Below, piece by piece: positions 1-12,197 of a DNA stretch of 64,000 bases (position 1 is the first letter of the stretch; each line of letters starts with the position of its first letter). The translations under genes and the position numbers were made by a program. This stretch comes from an uncultured Chloroflexia bacterium (GTDB lineage: Bacteria > Chloroflexota > Chloroflexia > Thermomicrobiales > CFX8): contig CAVPYN010000019.1 of the NCBI GenBank assembly GCA_963709995.1, forward strand, positions 127,109 through 191,108, read 5' to 3'. Under the pieces are notes generated by a model, which saw only the letters and a program-made list of their open reading frames with translations, searched no databases and was not told the origin of the DNA.

Positions 1-196
1 TTGGATCATCTTCCTTGACCCGACGGACATTGTGACGGGCAAAGGCGGGTTCCGAAACGCCATGTGTCTGGAAGAAGACGAGATCCACAGTCTGTGGATC
101 ATGGACTGTGGTGACGATGGCGGGATTACTGTGAACTCCGTCATCCTCAATGTACAGGACAATTTTGCCGACATGTGGAACTGAATTGTTTGCCAT
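1..196 (-). CDS. small hypothetical protein, truncated by window edge (MANNSVPHVGKIVLYIEDDGVHSNPAIVTTVHDPQTVDLVFF...)
   Basis: Manually translated, not in ORF track; ATG at 196 preceded by SD AAGGGGG; open to window start. Confidence 0.6.
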   Translation of the reverse strand, partial: MANNSVPHVGKIVLYIEDDGVHSNPAIVTTVHDPQTVDLVFFQTHGVSEPAFARHNVRRVKEDDP

Positions 197-711
197 TGGC
201 TTCCCCCTTTTCTGAAGTTTGGGTTTCACGCGTCTTCTGATCTAGTTTCCTCGTTCGCTATGGTTGCAGACGATCGATATTTCAACGGCGTTTGGTTGCC
301 CACTTGACAAGGCGATTCAGGGATATCTTGTCGGTAACCGAGTCACACATGCAACGGAAAACAGACGCTAGGTGTTACAAGGACATATCAATTGCCCGGG
401 GCACTGAGCGGTCGATGTGCTTAGCAGCCGCGAACCTGCGAGCACGGCCCACGTGAATTGGCAATCCCTGGGGACACAATTGCTGTGAAGATCGGGTAGC
501 GCGCCCCACTCTCCGGCAACAATCGGTCGACTGCCATCTGGATCTAGTGACTGCCCTCCGGAAGAACAGCGGTTACCCAGCGCGCTAGACTTGATTCTGA
601 CAGGTGGCGGCGGTTGTGCCGGACCGGATTCGGAAGATTCCACGGCCAGCATCGCTCTGAAGGCGATAACAAAGCGCACGTTTCGGCGGTCATGAAAGGA
701 TCAGGCGACCA

Positions 712-2262
712 ATGCGAGGACCATTCAAGAACGAACCAGGGCTGGACTTTTCGCTCGAAGAGAACAGAAAGGCGATGAAGGCCGCGCTTCTGCAGGTAGA
801 AGCAGAGTTAGGCAAACGTTATCCAATCGTCATCGGTGGTGAACGAATCGACACCGCCGACGTAATCACCTCACGTAACCCGGGCAACCTATCCCAGAAA
901 GTCGGCGAGGTCTCCAGGGGCACCACCGAACACGTCGAACGAGCAATCCAGATTGCGGCAAAGACGTTTCAAGATTGGAAAAAGACCTCGGCGGAAGGGC
1001 GCGCAAGCGTCGCGTTCCGGCTCGCGGCACTGCTTCGACGCAATCGGCTGGATCTGGCTGCCTGGATGGTCTATGAACTCGATAAGGCCTGGGACGAAGC
1101 CGACGGCGAGATTGCGGAAGCAATCGATATGATGGAGTGGAACGGTCGACAGGCGCTCGAGATCGCCCGGCCGGTTGACCTCCCGTCCGTCCCCGATGAG
1201 GCGAATTCCTACCACTATCTGCCTATTGGCGTGGGCGCGATTATTCCGCCGTGGAACTTCCCCTGCGCGATCTTTACGAATATGACCATGGCGCCGGTGA
1301 TTGCCGGCAATACCGTCGTGGTCAAGCCCGCGAGCAATACGCCAGTGATCGGCTACAAAGTCATGGAATTGATCGAAGAGGCTGGTGTGCCTCCAGGCGT
1401 CGTCAACTTCTTGCCCGGTGGCGGGGCTGAGATAGGGGACGCGCTGGTCGACCACCCACTTACTCGATTTGTCGCCTTTACCGGGTCAAAGAGTGTCGGC
1501 ATTCGCATCTACGAACGCGCTGCTAAGGTGCATCCCGGTCAGAAGTTCCTGAAACGCGTGACCGCGGAAATGGGTGGCAAAGATGCGATCATCGTTGACA
1601 AAGATGCGGACGTAGACGCGGCGATAGAGGGCATTGTGATCTCGGCCTTCGGATTTCAAGGACAGAAGTGCTCCGCTTGCTCGCGAGCGATAGTCCACAA
1701 GGATGTCTACGATCGGGTCGTTGAAGGGGTTGTCAGACTTACCGAAGAAACGGTCACGTTTGGACCGGCAATCGATGGCACATCGACTGTCGGAGCGGTC
1801 GTTGACGAGAGTCAATACGACTCGATTCGCAACTACATCGACATCGGGAAGAGTGAGGGGCGTCTCGCGTACCAGGCGCCGGAGATCGAAGCGAACGGCT
1901 ACTTTGTTCCGCCGACGATCTTCGCGGATGTGCCGAGAGATGCGAGGGTAGCCTGTGAGGAGATCTTTGGCCCGGTGCTGGCGATCGTCAAGGCTGACAG
2001 CTTCGACGAGGCGCTCGATATCGTCAACGATTCCGAATATGGGCTGACAGGCTCAGTCTATACCCGGAATAGAGCGCTGCTGGAGCGCTCACGCTACGAG
2101 TTTGAAGTCGGAAATCTCTATTTCAACCGGAAATGCACCGGCGCACTAATGGGTGTCCATCCGTTCGGCGGCCTGAAACTGAGCGGCACAAATACGAAAA
2201 GCGGTGGTCCCGACTATCTCAAGAACTTCATGGAAGCAAAGGCGGTAGGCGAACGCCTGTAG
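712..2262 (+). CDS. pruA: L-glutamate gamma-semialdehyde (1-pyrroline-5-carboxylate) dehydrogenase, RocA/PruA type
   Basis: ALDH motifs [30 protein letters not shown]; RocA-like N-terminus PFKNEP and C-terminal GGPDYL. Confidence 0.92.
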   Translation: MRGPFKNEPGLDFSLEENRKAMKAALLQVEAELGKRYPIVIGGERIDTADVITSRNPGNLSQKVGEVSRGTTEHVERAIQIAAKTFQDWKKTSAEGRASVAFRLAALLRRNRLDLAAWMVYELDKAWDEADGEIAEAIDMMEWNGRQALEIARPVDLPSVPDEANSYHYLPIGVGAIIPPWNFPCAIFTNMTMAPVIAGNTVVVKPASNTPVIGYKVMELIEEAGVPPGVVNFLPGGGAEIGDALVDHPLTRFVAFTGSKSVGIRIYERAAKVHPGQKFLKRVTAEMGGKDAIIVDKDADVDAAIEGIVISAFGFQGQKCSACSRAIVHKDVYDRVVEGVVRLTEETVTFGPAIDGTSTVGAVVDESQYDSIRNYIDIGKSEGRLAYQAPEIEANGYFVPPTIFADVPRDARVACEEIFGPVLAIVKADSFDEALDIVNDSEYGLTGSVYTRNRALLERSRYEFEVGNLYFNRKCTGALMGVHPFGGLKLSGTNTKSGGPDYLKNFMEAKAVGERL

Positions 2263-2386
2263 GCCGTGCACGACGCGGGAGTTCAGCAGGCGTCAATTGC
2301 GGTCGGCACGTGACCGGACGCATAATTCGGTTTGCGCCAACCGCTTGGTGGGTGATCTTGCCTCCGACTAACTAGGATCGCGAGCT

Positions 2387-5101
2387 ATGTCCTCATCCGG
2401 GTCCCTCGAACTTCCTACTCGAGCCCTGCTTTCAACGAAGCTGTTCGTTCCGCGTGCCCATCCCCTGATCGTTCACCGTCCGCGGTTGGTCGCTCGTCTT
2501 ATTGAGGGGCTCAGCCGGAGGCTCACTGTCATCTCCGCGCCACCAGGTTCCGGAAAGACGACGCTTATCTCGGCCTGGCATGCCTCGGAGCTGGGGGAAA
2601 ACGTTCCGCTTGCCTGGCTCACGCTGGATGATGGCGACAACGATCCCCAGCGATTCGCAACCTACGTTGTCGCTGCTCTCGCAACACTTCAACCGGATGA
2701 ATCCGAGGAGTACGAGCGCCTCGTTCGGGCGGCTTCTTCACTCGACATCAACCACACGTTTGTGCTGCTGCTCAACCTGGTTGGCAACATTCCCGCGCGA
2801 TTTGTGCTGGTTATCGATGACTACCAGGTCATTGAAAACGCTGAGATCCACGAGAGCATGAACTTTCTCATCTCCAACGCTCCGCAAACGATGCGGCTGG
2901 TCGTCGTCAGCCGGACAGATCCGCCTCTAGCTCTAGCGCGGTGGCGGGTTCGGAATCAGCTCGGCGAAATCCGGACCCCGGATCTTCGATTCACTACGGA
3001 GGAGGTGGAGGAGTTCCTCCGCGTTGTTGCGGGGATTGACGCTGAACTGGGCGATGCCGCCTTGCTGGCTGAACGGACAGATGGGTGGGCCGCTGGACTG
3101 CAGCTTGCCTCGCTCGCACTTCAGAGCAATGAGTCGATCGGCGAGCAACTTCGAGAATTTGGAGGCAGCCATCGTTTTGTAGCGGATTATCTGCTCGAAG
3201 AAGTTGTTCGGCGCCAACCACGATATATTCAGGACTTTCTCTTGCGCACGTCCGTGCTCGACCGACTTACCGCGGAGCTCTGCGATCGGGTACTCGGTGT
3301 TGACGGGAGCGCGGCCCACATCCGCCACATCGAGCGGCACAATCTCTTTCTCGTGCCGCTGGACGCGGATCGCAAGTGGTATCGATACCATGCATTGTTT
3401 CGGGAACTGCTTGCCCGGCAGCTTTCTCAGACGTATCCCGAAGATGTGAAGACGCTCAATCATCGTGCTGCCTCCTGGTTTCGAGCGGCTGGAATTGGTT
3501 CGGAGGCGGTGGAGTATGCGCTGCGCGCTGGCGACTTAGAGTTTGCGGCCGATGTTCTGGATGCGGATGACGCGGCGATTCAGGCGCTGGACCAGGGACA
3601 ACTGGCAACCGTGCTCCGCTGGCTTGAGGCGGTTGGTAACGATGTCCGGTTTCGTCATCCCAAGCTGAACGGCGTCGTCATCTGGTCGTTGATATCGAGC
3701 GGTCGCATCGAAGAGATTGAACCCTATGTGGATGATGTCGAGCGGTTCGGCGAGACGATCAAGTACGATCCGATTCTTGCGCCAACGATTTTCGGGGTTG
3801 TTGGTGCTGGAAGAACTGCACTCGCGGTCCACAGGCGCGATTTCACCACCGCGATCCAGCTTTCGAACGAAGCTCTCCAACTACTCCCGCCCGAACTTCC
3901 CATTGCACGCGCGAATACGCTCTATGGACGAGGTTTCGCGTTGGGGATTACTGGTGATCTTGGAGGGTCGGTCGAGGCATTCCGCGAGGCTACGCAGACG
4001 CTCGGGCCGCGTGGCTCAATGCCGTTTCTCATGCTGACGCATACGGCGTATGCGCAGGGACTCTACCATCAGGCCCGGCTCGCCGAATCCGAGAGGGTGC
4101 TTCGTTCGCTGCTCGAAGTCGTGCGCCAGGCGGGACTTGGCGAGTGGTCATATGTCGGCTTCGTGCGCATCTGTCTCGCGCGGGTGCTCCTTATGAGGGG
4201 GCAGTTGGAGGAGGCGCTCCATGAAGCCGGGCAGGGTATTCAGCTAGCGGCGCGCTGGAATACCGGCACGTTTGAGCTCGAAGGTCACTTTGTCGTTGCC
4301 GCTATCCAGATCGCAATGGGAAATCCGGCGGCCGCTCGGGAACCGCTCGACCAGGCTTCCCGGCTCGTTCCAATGACCGGCGCCAACCCGGTGCTCGGTC
4401 GTCTTGAAGGGCTTCGGCTCTTCGCTGGCGAAACTCCGGTCGCTGATCAAACGATCTGGGCAACCGCGTTGCTGGCTGCTATGCCGCGCAGTCCGGAGGA
4501 GGTATGGCCCTGGCTCCCAGCTGGTTGGTTAGCAGTTAACCTTGCGATCCAAGGCGGTGCGGTCGCCCAGGCACGGCAGGCCAGTGAGTCGATGTTGCGA
4601 TGCGCGATTGACGGCCACTGGCGACTGATGGAGGTCATGGTTCGCATCGCGCTTGCCCGTTGCCTGTGGCAGGAAGACGATCAAGGTGGCGCGTTGGCGC
4701 TGTTGGGCCCGGCGATTGCAGTCGCTGCATCGGAATGCCTGTTGCAGCCATTTCTCGATGGTGGCAATGACGTCGCTACAATGCTCGCTGCTCTCGAAGT
4801 TACCGGAGCGGAAGCCGAGTGGCGGAGCCAGGTGGTTGCTGCTCAGACGCCCGCGCAGCCCCAACGTGACAAGGTCAATTCGGACGGCGTTGGCGTGGAG
4901 CTGGCGGAGCCACTCAGCCCCAGGGAGATTGAAGTGCTGGAACAAATCGGTCTAGGAAAGCCAAACAGTCAGATTGCGCTCGACCTTTTCATAGCCGAAG
5001 GCACGGTCAAGCGTCATACCCACAACATCTACTCGAAGCTTGGCGTGAGTAACAGAACGAAGGCGGTTGCCAGGGCGAGCGAGCTCGGCATTCTGCCATA
5101 G
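2387..5101 (+). CDS. MalT-like STAND ATPase/TPR/LuxR-HTH transcriptional regulator
   Basis: LLSTKLFVP N-terminus, Walker A APPGSGKTT, Walker B LVIDD, RTDGWAAGLQL, WYRYHALF, C-terminal LuxR HTH LSPREIEVL...TVKRHTHNIYSKLGV. Confidence 0.92.
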   Translation: MSSSGSLELPTRALLSTKLFVPRAHPLIVHRPRLVARLIEGLSRRLTVISAPPGSGKTTLISAWHASELGENVPLAWLTLDDGDNDPQRFATYVVAALATLQPDESEEYERLVRAASSLDINHTFVLLLNLVGNIPARFVLVIDDYQVIENAEIHESMNFLISNAPQTMRLVVVSRTDPPLALARWRVRNQLGEIRTPDLRFTTEEVEEFLRVVAGIDAELGDAALLAERTDGWAAGLQLASLALQSNESIGEQLREFGGSHRFVADYLLEEVVRRQPRYIQDFLLRTSVLDRLTAELCDRVLGVDGSAAHIRHIERHNLFLVPLDADRKWYRYHALFRELLARQLSQTYPEDVKTLNHRAASWFRAAGIGSEAVEYALRAGDLEFAADVLDADDAAIQALDQGQLATVLRWLEAVGNDVRFRHPKLNGVVIWSLISSGRIEEIEPYVDDVERFGETIKYDPILAPTIFGVVGAGRTALAVHRRDFTTAIQLSNEALQLLPPELPIARANTLYGRGFALGITGDLGGSVEAFREATQTLGPRGSMPFLMLTHTAYAQGLYHQARLAESERVLRSLLEVVRQAGLGEWSYVGFVRICLARVLLMRGQLEEALHEAGQGIQLAARWNTGTFELEGHFVVAAIQIAMGNPAAAREPLDQASRLVPMTGANPVLGRLEGLRLFAGETPVADQTIWATALLAAMPRSPEEVWPWLPAGWLAVNLAIQGGAVAQARQASESMLRCAIDGHWRLMEVMVRIALARCLWQEDDQGGALALLGPAIAVAASECLLQPFLDGGNDVATMLAALEVTGAEAEWRSQVVAAQTPAQPQRDKVNSDGVGVELAEPLSPREIEVLEQIGLGKPNSQIALDLFIAEGTVKRHTHNIYSKLGVSNRTKAVARASELGILP

Positions 5102-5172
5102 CCTGGTAAACGCTCATAGCGGCGACAAGAATCACGATATCGTCGTTTGTAGTGGCCGGCGAGACGAGAACG

Positions 5173-5204
5173 GCCCCTGTTCGCATAGCATTGCGAACAG
5201 GGGC
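5173..5204. terminator. hairpin between convergent MalT-like gene and pnp
   Basis: GCCCCTGTTCGCA-N6-TGCGAACAGGGGC, 13-bp perfect stem. Confidence 0.7.
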
Positions 5205-5223
5205 GCTGTTATCCCAGACCTGA

Positions 5224-7756
5224 TCAGTCTTCGATGAAACCTGGCCGACGGTGTCCCCCGCCAGCGGCGTCCCCACCTTCGTCATCCATTGCTTCGTCGT
5301 CCTGGCCGATGCCACGCATCGTCAGGTCGATCTTCCCGTCGGCCCGCATGTTGGTGATCTTGACGGTTACGACATCCCCGACACGTACGACGTCCTCAAC
5401 GCGCTCTACGCGGTGGTCGCGAAGTTGGAGATATGGACGAACCCGTCACGGCCCGGCGCGATCTGTACGAACGCACCAATCTGAATGATGTTCTTGACCG
5501 GTCCACTCACGATTTCGCCGACTTCTGGCAAGCTTCACCGTTGAACGCCTGTCATTGGCGAGCCCGCGCATCGTCAGATTGATCTTGCCGTCGTTGCGAA
5601 GTTCCGTGACTTGCACCTCGACGACGTCGCCGACCGACACGACGTCTTCGACTCGGTCGACGCGTTCAGAGCTGAGTTCGGAGATATGGACGAAACCGTC
5701 TCGCCCCGGGGTCAGTTCGACGAACGCACCAACTGGGATGATCGTCTTGACAGCGCCGGTCAGCACATCGCCAGCGCTGCGGCTCCCAGACGATCCGTGC
5801 GATGCGCTCAGAGTCGCGGCATCCACCCCGGCGGCGTTGACGCCAGCGACAAAGATCGTTCCATCTTCCTGGATGTCGATTTCGGTTTCGGTGTCTTCCT
5901 GAATGCCACGAATGTTCTTGCCGCCCGGTCCAATGACCATTCCGATGAATTCGGGATTGATCGAGATCGAGCGAATCGACGGCGCATACTGCGGACTGTC
6001 CGGTTCACGCGGGTCGGCATGACTTCGGTCATCTTGTCGAGGATGTGCATCGACCGTCACGCGCCTGGGCCAACGCCTCACGCATGATCTGGGTCGTGAT
6101 GCCCGTGACCTTTGATGTCCATCTGGATCGCCGTGATGCCCTCGCGGGTGCCCGCCACCTTGAAGTCCATATCCCCGAGGAAATCCTCGAGTCCCCTGGA
6201 TGTCGGAGAGGATCGTGTAGCCACCCTCGCCGTCGGTGATCAAGCCCATTGCGATTCCTGCAACCGGTGCCTTGATCGGCACGCCGGCGTCCATCAGTGA
6301 CAGCGTGCTGCCACAGACGCTCGCCATCGACGTCGAACCGTTGGACGATACGACTTCGGAGACGACTCGCATCACATAGGGGAAGTCTTCCTGGTCGGGC
6401 AGGACCGCTTCGAGTGCGCGTTCCGCGAGCGCGCCGTGACCGATGTCGCGCCGGGAGGGCCCCGCATGAAACGTGCTTCGCCAACGCTGTAGGGGGGGAA
6501 GTTGTAGTGGTGCAAGTAGCGTTTGGAGGTCTCAGGCGTCAGGTTGTCGACCATCTGGTCGTCGCGGGTGGAACCAAGCGTGGCGGTGCTGACGACCTGC
6601 GTCTGCCCGCGGGTGAAGATAGCCGAACCGTGGGTGCGCGGCAGGTAGCCTACCTGGCACCAGATCGGTCGAATCTCTTCCGGTCGTCGGCCGTCGGCAC
6701 GATAGCCCTGATCGAGGATCAAGCCGCGCATCGTCGCTTTGACAGCGTCTTCGTAGGCGTCAGCGACGGCCTTACGAACACCGGATACCTCGGCATCGAA
6801 GCCGTAGAGGGCACGTGCCATTTCGAGCGTATCGCTTGATTGCAGCTCTCGAATTTCGGCGAAGCGGTTGGATTCGAACTCCTCAACGAAGAACTTGACC
6901 GTCTCTTCTTTTAGCCCGCTGATGGCGTCGTTGCGAGCGGTCTTCTCTTCAAGCTGCATGGCTTCGGTCAAGCGGTCACCGAGGTATGCCTGAACGGCTC
7001 GATCGACTCCGGGATCACGCTTCGGGATTTCAATCTCTGGCTTCGTGGCGCCAATGGCCTCCGCGATCCGGAGCTGAGCGTCAACAAGCATCTTGATGAT
7101 GCGATGACCGAGTTCGAATTGCGTCGACGAAGATCTCCTCGGAAACCTCGAGCGCTTCGCCCTCGACCATCATGATGGCGTCCCGGGTACCGGCGACGAC
7201 GACATCCATTTCCGAGGTCTCTAGCTGTTCGTAGGTCGGGTTGACGACGATCTGTCCATCGATATAGCCGAGCCGCACACCGGCGACCGGGCCATTGAAC
7301 GGAATCGTCGAGCACGTCAACGCCGCCGAAGCTCCGGTGATCGAAAGAATGTCGGGATCGTTCTGCTGGTCCGCCGAGAAGATTGGTCGTGACGATGTGA
7401 ACGTCGTTGCGGTAGCCCTTCGGGAAGAGCGGTCGCAATGGACGGTCAGTCAGACGCGCCGACAGTACCGCGTGCTCTCCGGGTCGACCTTCGCGCTTCA
7501 GAAAGCCGCCAGGGATCTTGCCCGCGGCTGACATACGTTCTTCGTAGTCAACCGTCAGCGGGAAGAAGTCGATGCCCTCGCGGGGCTTTTTGGACGCCGT
7601 GGCCGCTGACAGGATGAGCGTGTCGCCATAGCGAATCGTGACTGCGCCGCCAGCGAGTTCCGCGATCCTGCCTACTTCGAAGATCATTTCGCGTCCGCCG
7701 ACGGTTACCCGTTCCTCGTGGATGACGGGCATGTTGTCGGGATGTGTGTCTTGCAT
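5224..7756 (-). CDS. pnp: polyribonucleotide nucleotidyltransferase (PNPase) with two C-terminal S1 domains; several apparent indels
   Basis: Fragments in different frames: [62 protein letters not shown], two S1 domains; stop TGA at 5224-5226. Confidence 0.92.
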
Positions 7757-7851
7757 ATGTTTGCATGTGTTCTCTTTACCTCTTCGTTCTGAATGCCGCG
7801 CACTCAGCTGTCAAATTCGTGTCTCGTGTGGGCCGTAAAGCTGGCCTTGTG

Positions 7852-7919
7852 CGCTGGTTAGGGACTGGAGCGTGACGACGATCTTGCGAGCTTCTCCACG
7901 CTCCAATTCCTAACCGGCG
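7852..7919 (-). promoter_or_regulatory. long stem-loop in rpsO-pnp intergenic region (candidate RNase III processing site)
   Basis: 23-nt arms 7852-7874 and 7897-7919 are complementary except at 3 positions; location matches the pnp leader stems known in E. coli and Streptomyces. Confidence 0.55.
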
Positions 7920-8054
7920 ACACCGTACAGGTTTGGATGACGGCCCGAAAGTCCAGCTCAGTCCAAGGCGACTTGCGTGTCGCTAGATATCGCTCTCAAC
8001 GTCGTGTGCCGTGCATTCGTCCTTTCTTGTCCATCGAATTCTGCAGTCTGCCAT

Positions 8055-8091
8055 AACAACGAACGACCCAGAGGAGAGTCCCCTGGGTCGT
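8055..8091 (-). terminator. intrinsic terminator after rpsO
   Basis: ACGACCCAGGGGA-CTC-TCCTCTGGGTCGT followed by TCGTTGTT on the minus strand. Confidence 0.65.
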
Positions 8092-8157
8092 CATGAATTG
8101 ATCTCCGTAGACATGCGGCATTGAGGTCTGGGATGAATGAAAGCTGAGTCCCGCAAA

Positions 8158-8424
8158 TTACCGGCGCAGTCCTAGTCGCTCGATCAGCGTTCGATAGCGT
8201 TCTGTATCTTTCTTGCTCAGATAGCGCAAGAGCCGACGCCTGCGTCCGACCATCTTGAACAGTCCCCGCCGGAATGATGATCGTGTGGATGATCGCGAAG
8301 TGATCGGTAAAGCGGCGATGCGTTCCGTCAGCAGTGCGATCTGGACCTCCGGCGATCCGGTGTCGGTTTCATGAACCTGGTAATCGTCGACGATTTCGTC
8401 TTGATGTTCTTTCTGAAGCGCCAT
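8158..8424 (-). CDS. rpsO: 30S ribosomal protein S15 (middle garbled by compensating indels)
   Basis: [43 protein letters not shown]; ATG at 8424 with SD GGAGG. Confidence 0.93.
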   Translation of the reverse strand: MALQKEHQDEIVDDYQVHETDTGSPEVQIALLTERIAALPITSRSSTRSSFRRGLFKMVGRRRRLLRYLSKKDTERYRTLIERLGLRR

Positions 8425-8529
8425 ACGCGCTTGACCTCCCTCGCCCTCTCGCGGTATTCGCGAAAGTCCACGCATCCCACAATTTGTCAAGGATAGCAGA
8501 CGTAATCTTCGATAACCACAAATAGGACA

Positions 8530-8559
8530 CCTGGAACCCGCTCGGGTGCGGATTCCAGG
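8530..8559 (-). terminator. hairpin downstream of ilvC
   Basis: CCTGGAACCCGC...GCGGATTCCAGG inverted repeat. Confidence 0.5.
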
Positions 8560-8582
8560 CTAAATCTCGTAACTCGTTTTAC

Positions 8583-9590
<1,008 letters not shown>

Positions 9591-9620
9591 CCGGTCTTAC
9601 TCCCCTCCCGCGTCTATCTC

Positions 9621-10149
9621 TTACGCGGCGTTGCTCACGACCCGCAATCCTGCGGTGCCACTCCCTCGCACCATCGCGACTGACCCGCTGCGGGCCACTT
9701 CCTTGATGCCATAGGTGCGAATCATCGCTATCAGTGAGTCGATCTTTTCAATAGGCCCTGTCACTTCGAGCGTAAGCGTATCAGGAGATGCGTCGATTAC
9801 TCGCGCCCGAAATATGTCCGTTGGCGATTCGCATGATGTCCGACCGTGTACGGTCGGTTGTGTTGACCTTAATTAGCGCCAGTTCGCGCTGAATCAGGTT
9901 CGGTCCAGACAACTCGGTCACTTTGATGACTTCGAGCAGCTTATAGAGCTGCTTGGTGACTTGTTCAACGGTATAGTCGTCGCCTTCGAGAACGAAGGTC
10001 ATGCGCGAAATACCCGGCATCTCGGTGTGGCCGACAGCCACCGACTCCACGTTGAACATGCGTTGCCGAAACAGGCTCATGACCCGATTCAGGACACCGG
10101 ATTCATTCTCGACCAGAACGACGAGCGTACGGTATGTGTGGTCTTCCAT
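9621..10149 (-). CDS. ilvN: acetolactate synthase small (regulatory) subunit; one apparent indel
   Basis: ACT domain LVENESGVLNRV, VEQVTKQLYKL, RELALIKV; continues in shifted frame RARVIDASPDTLTLEVTG...GIKEV to TAA at 9621. Confidence 0.9.
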
Positions 10150-10153
10150 CGAT

Positions 10154-11887
10154 CTATTCCTCTTCGATCAGGTCTGCAAAGGTCGCGCCAGAAGGGATCA
10201 TCGGGAAGACATTCTCTTCCTGGCCGATGACGAAGTCGATCAGCACCGGTCCCTTGATGTTCCCGCGCCCACTTGATCGTCTCGTCCACTTCCGACGCGG
10301 AATCTACTCGCCTGGCAGCGATGTAGTGGGCGTGCGCGAGTGCGACGAAGTCGGGCTGTCCGATCTGCAGTTTCGGAATAGTTCGAGTTGAAGAAGAACT
10401 GCTGCCACTGCCGGACCATACCGAGGAAGCCGTTATTGAGGATGGCGATCTTGACGTTGGCTCGTTCCTGGACGAGCGTTGCAAATTCGAAGGCCGTCAT
10501 CTGGACGCCGCCGTCGCCGACGATTGCCCAGACCTCCGCATCCGGGCGCGCTTTCGCGGCGCCCAGCGCCGACGGCACGCCAAAGCCCATCGTGCCAAGC
10601 CCACCGGACGAAATCCAGTGATTGGGCATATCGCTCTTGTAGAACTGCGCCGCCCACATCTGATGCTGGCCAACGTCTGTAGTAACGATCGCTTCGCCGT
10701 TGGTCAGATCGAAGAGGCGCTCGAGCACAGTCTGAGCCAGCAGACCGCGCTCTGCGGCCGGTTCACGATACGGTGCTCGCTGGCGCCATTCAACGATCTC
10801 TCTTCTCCAATCGCCGTGATCCTGAGGCTCGATCGAATCGACGAGCATTCGCAGCGCCGACTTGGCGTCGCTTACGACCGGAACATCGGCCGGAACATTC
10901 TTGCCAATTTCAGCGGGGTCGATGTCGATATGGATGACGCGGGCGTTAGGCGCAAATTCGTTCAGGTCACCAGTCACACGGTCATCGAAGCGCATGCCGA
11001 CGGCGATCAGGAGGTCGGCTTCGTTGATTGCGCGATTGCAGTGAGTGAAACCGTGCATCCCAATCATGCCGAGGCCAAGCGGATGCGATTGCGGGAAGCT
11101 GCCTATCCCAAGCAGCGTCAGACCAACCGGGATATCAGCCTTCTCTGCAAACTCGAGCAACTCCGGGTGTGCGCCGGAAAGCAAGACGCCATGCCCCGAA
11201 AGGATCGATCGGCTTGCTCGCCTGGTTGATCTCCTCAACGGCGAGCCGGATCTGGCGTCGATTGGGTGTGTAGGTCGGTCGATAACCCGCCAAATCCAGA
11301 CTGATCGGTGCTCCAAGCTCGCCTTCAGCCAGCAGCACATCTTTAGGAATATCGACGAGAACAGGGCCAGGGCGGCCAGTTTGTGCGAGATAGAACGCTT
11401 TTTGGATCGTCGGGCCGAGCTCATTGATATCGCGTACGAGGAAGTTGTGTTTGGTGATTGGGAGTGTGACTCCCATGATGTCAGTTTCCTGGAAAGCGTC
11501 GCTGCCGATGACCGCCTGTGGAACCTGCCCGGTGATCGCGACCATCGGAACCGAGTCCAGCTTAGCGTTGGCGATAGCCGTAACCAGATTGGTCGCGCCG
11601 GGTCCCGATGTGGCCAGACAGACTCCGGCTTTTCCGGTCACACGGGCGTAGCCGTCGGCGGCGTGACCAGCACCCTGTTCGTGTCTGACGAGAACGTGTT
11701 TCAGCTCCGGGTACTCCGGAAAGACATCGTAGAGCGGGATGATCACCCCGCCTGGGTACCCGAAAATCACTATCGACGTTTTCGCGCAGCAGTGCTTCAC
11801 AGAGGATCCGCGCCCCGATCATCGGCCGCTGCTGAATTTTTCGCTCTCTGGTAGGAGTTGCTGATCTCCTGTCGCCACCACAACCAT
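10154..11887 (-). CDS. ilvB: acetolactate synthase large subunit; apparent indels, start approximate
   Basis: FGYPGG, RHEQGAGHAADGYAR, TSGPGATN, GRPGPVLVDIPKD, DVGQHQMWAAQ, GDGGVQMT, C-terminal EENVFPMIP. Confidence 0.92.
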
Positions 11888-11943
11888 CCCTGACGCTTGC
11901 CCTTCGTCCTTCCCTGCCGACCCCTGTGGAACGTAGCGACGAC

Positions 11944-11977
11944 AAATCAAACGAGCCTCCCGAAACTGGGAGGCTCG
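11944..11977 (-). terminator. ilv attenuator terminator
   Basis: CGAGCCTCCC-N6-GGGAGGCTCG followed by TTTGATTT on the minus strand, between leader peptide and ilvB. Confidence 0.8.
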
Positions 11978-12014
11978 CGGTTTTCGTACGTTGTCTTCGA
12001 GTCGCGCGCGCTCC

Positions 12015-12146
12015 CTATGGTGAACCCGTAATAAGGAGTACTACGAGTACGAGTAGGCTAAGAAGGAGTACAACGTTGCGCAGGTCGAACGGAGCCCGAT
12101 CTGGGACCCACTGTGCGACCTTCACATTGTCACGTCGATACCGCAT
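12015..12146 (-). CDS. ilv operon leader peptide MRYRRDNVKVAQWVPDRAPFDLRNVVLLLSLLVLVVLLITGSP (43 aa)
   Basis: Manual translation; SD AGGAG; 14 of 15 consecutive codons are Val/Leu/Ile; directly upstream of terminator and ilvB. Confidence 0.85.
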   Translation of the reverse strand: MRYRRDNVKVAQWVPDRAPFDLRNVVLLLSLLVLVVLLITGSP

Positions 12147-12197
12147 GAACGGCTATGCTCCTATCTTGACCCTGCGTGCGCAAGAGTCGTCTGCGCC

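Noticed and set aside
2-184. Open plus-strand frame WIIFLDPTD...FADMWN*
   Set aside because: Antisense shadow of the minus-strand ORF, which has a strong SD and a more protein-like motif
368-679. 103-aa minus-strand ORF upstream of pruA
   Set aside because: Atypical composition, no motif; probably intergenic
12030-12072. GAGTA short repeats as an operator or iteron
   Set aside because: They are the Val/Leu control codons of the ilv leader peptide on the minus strand
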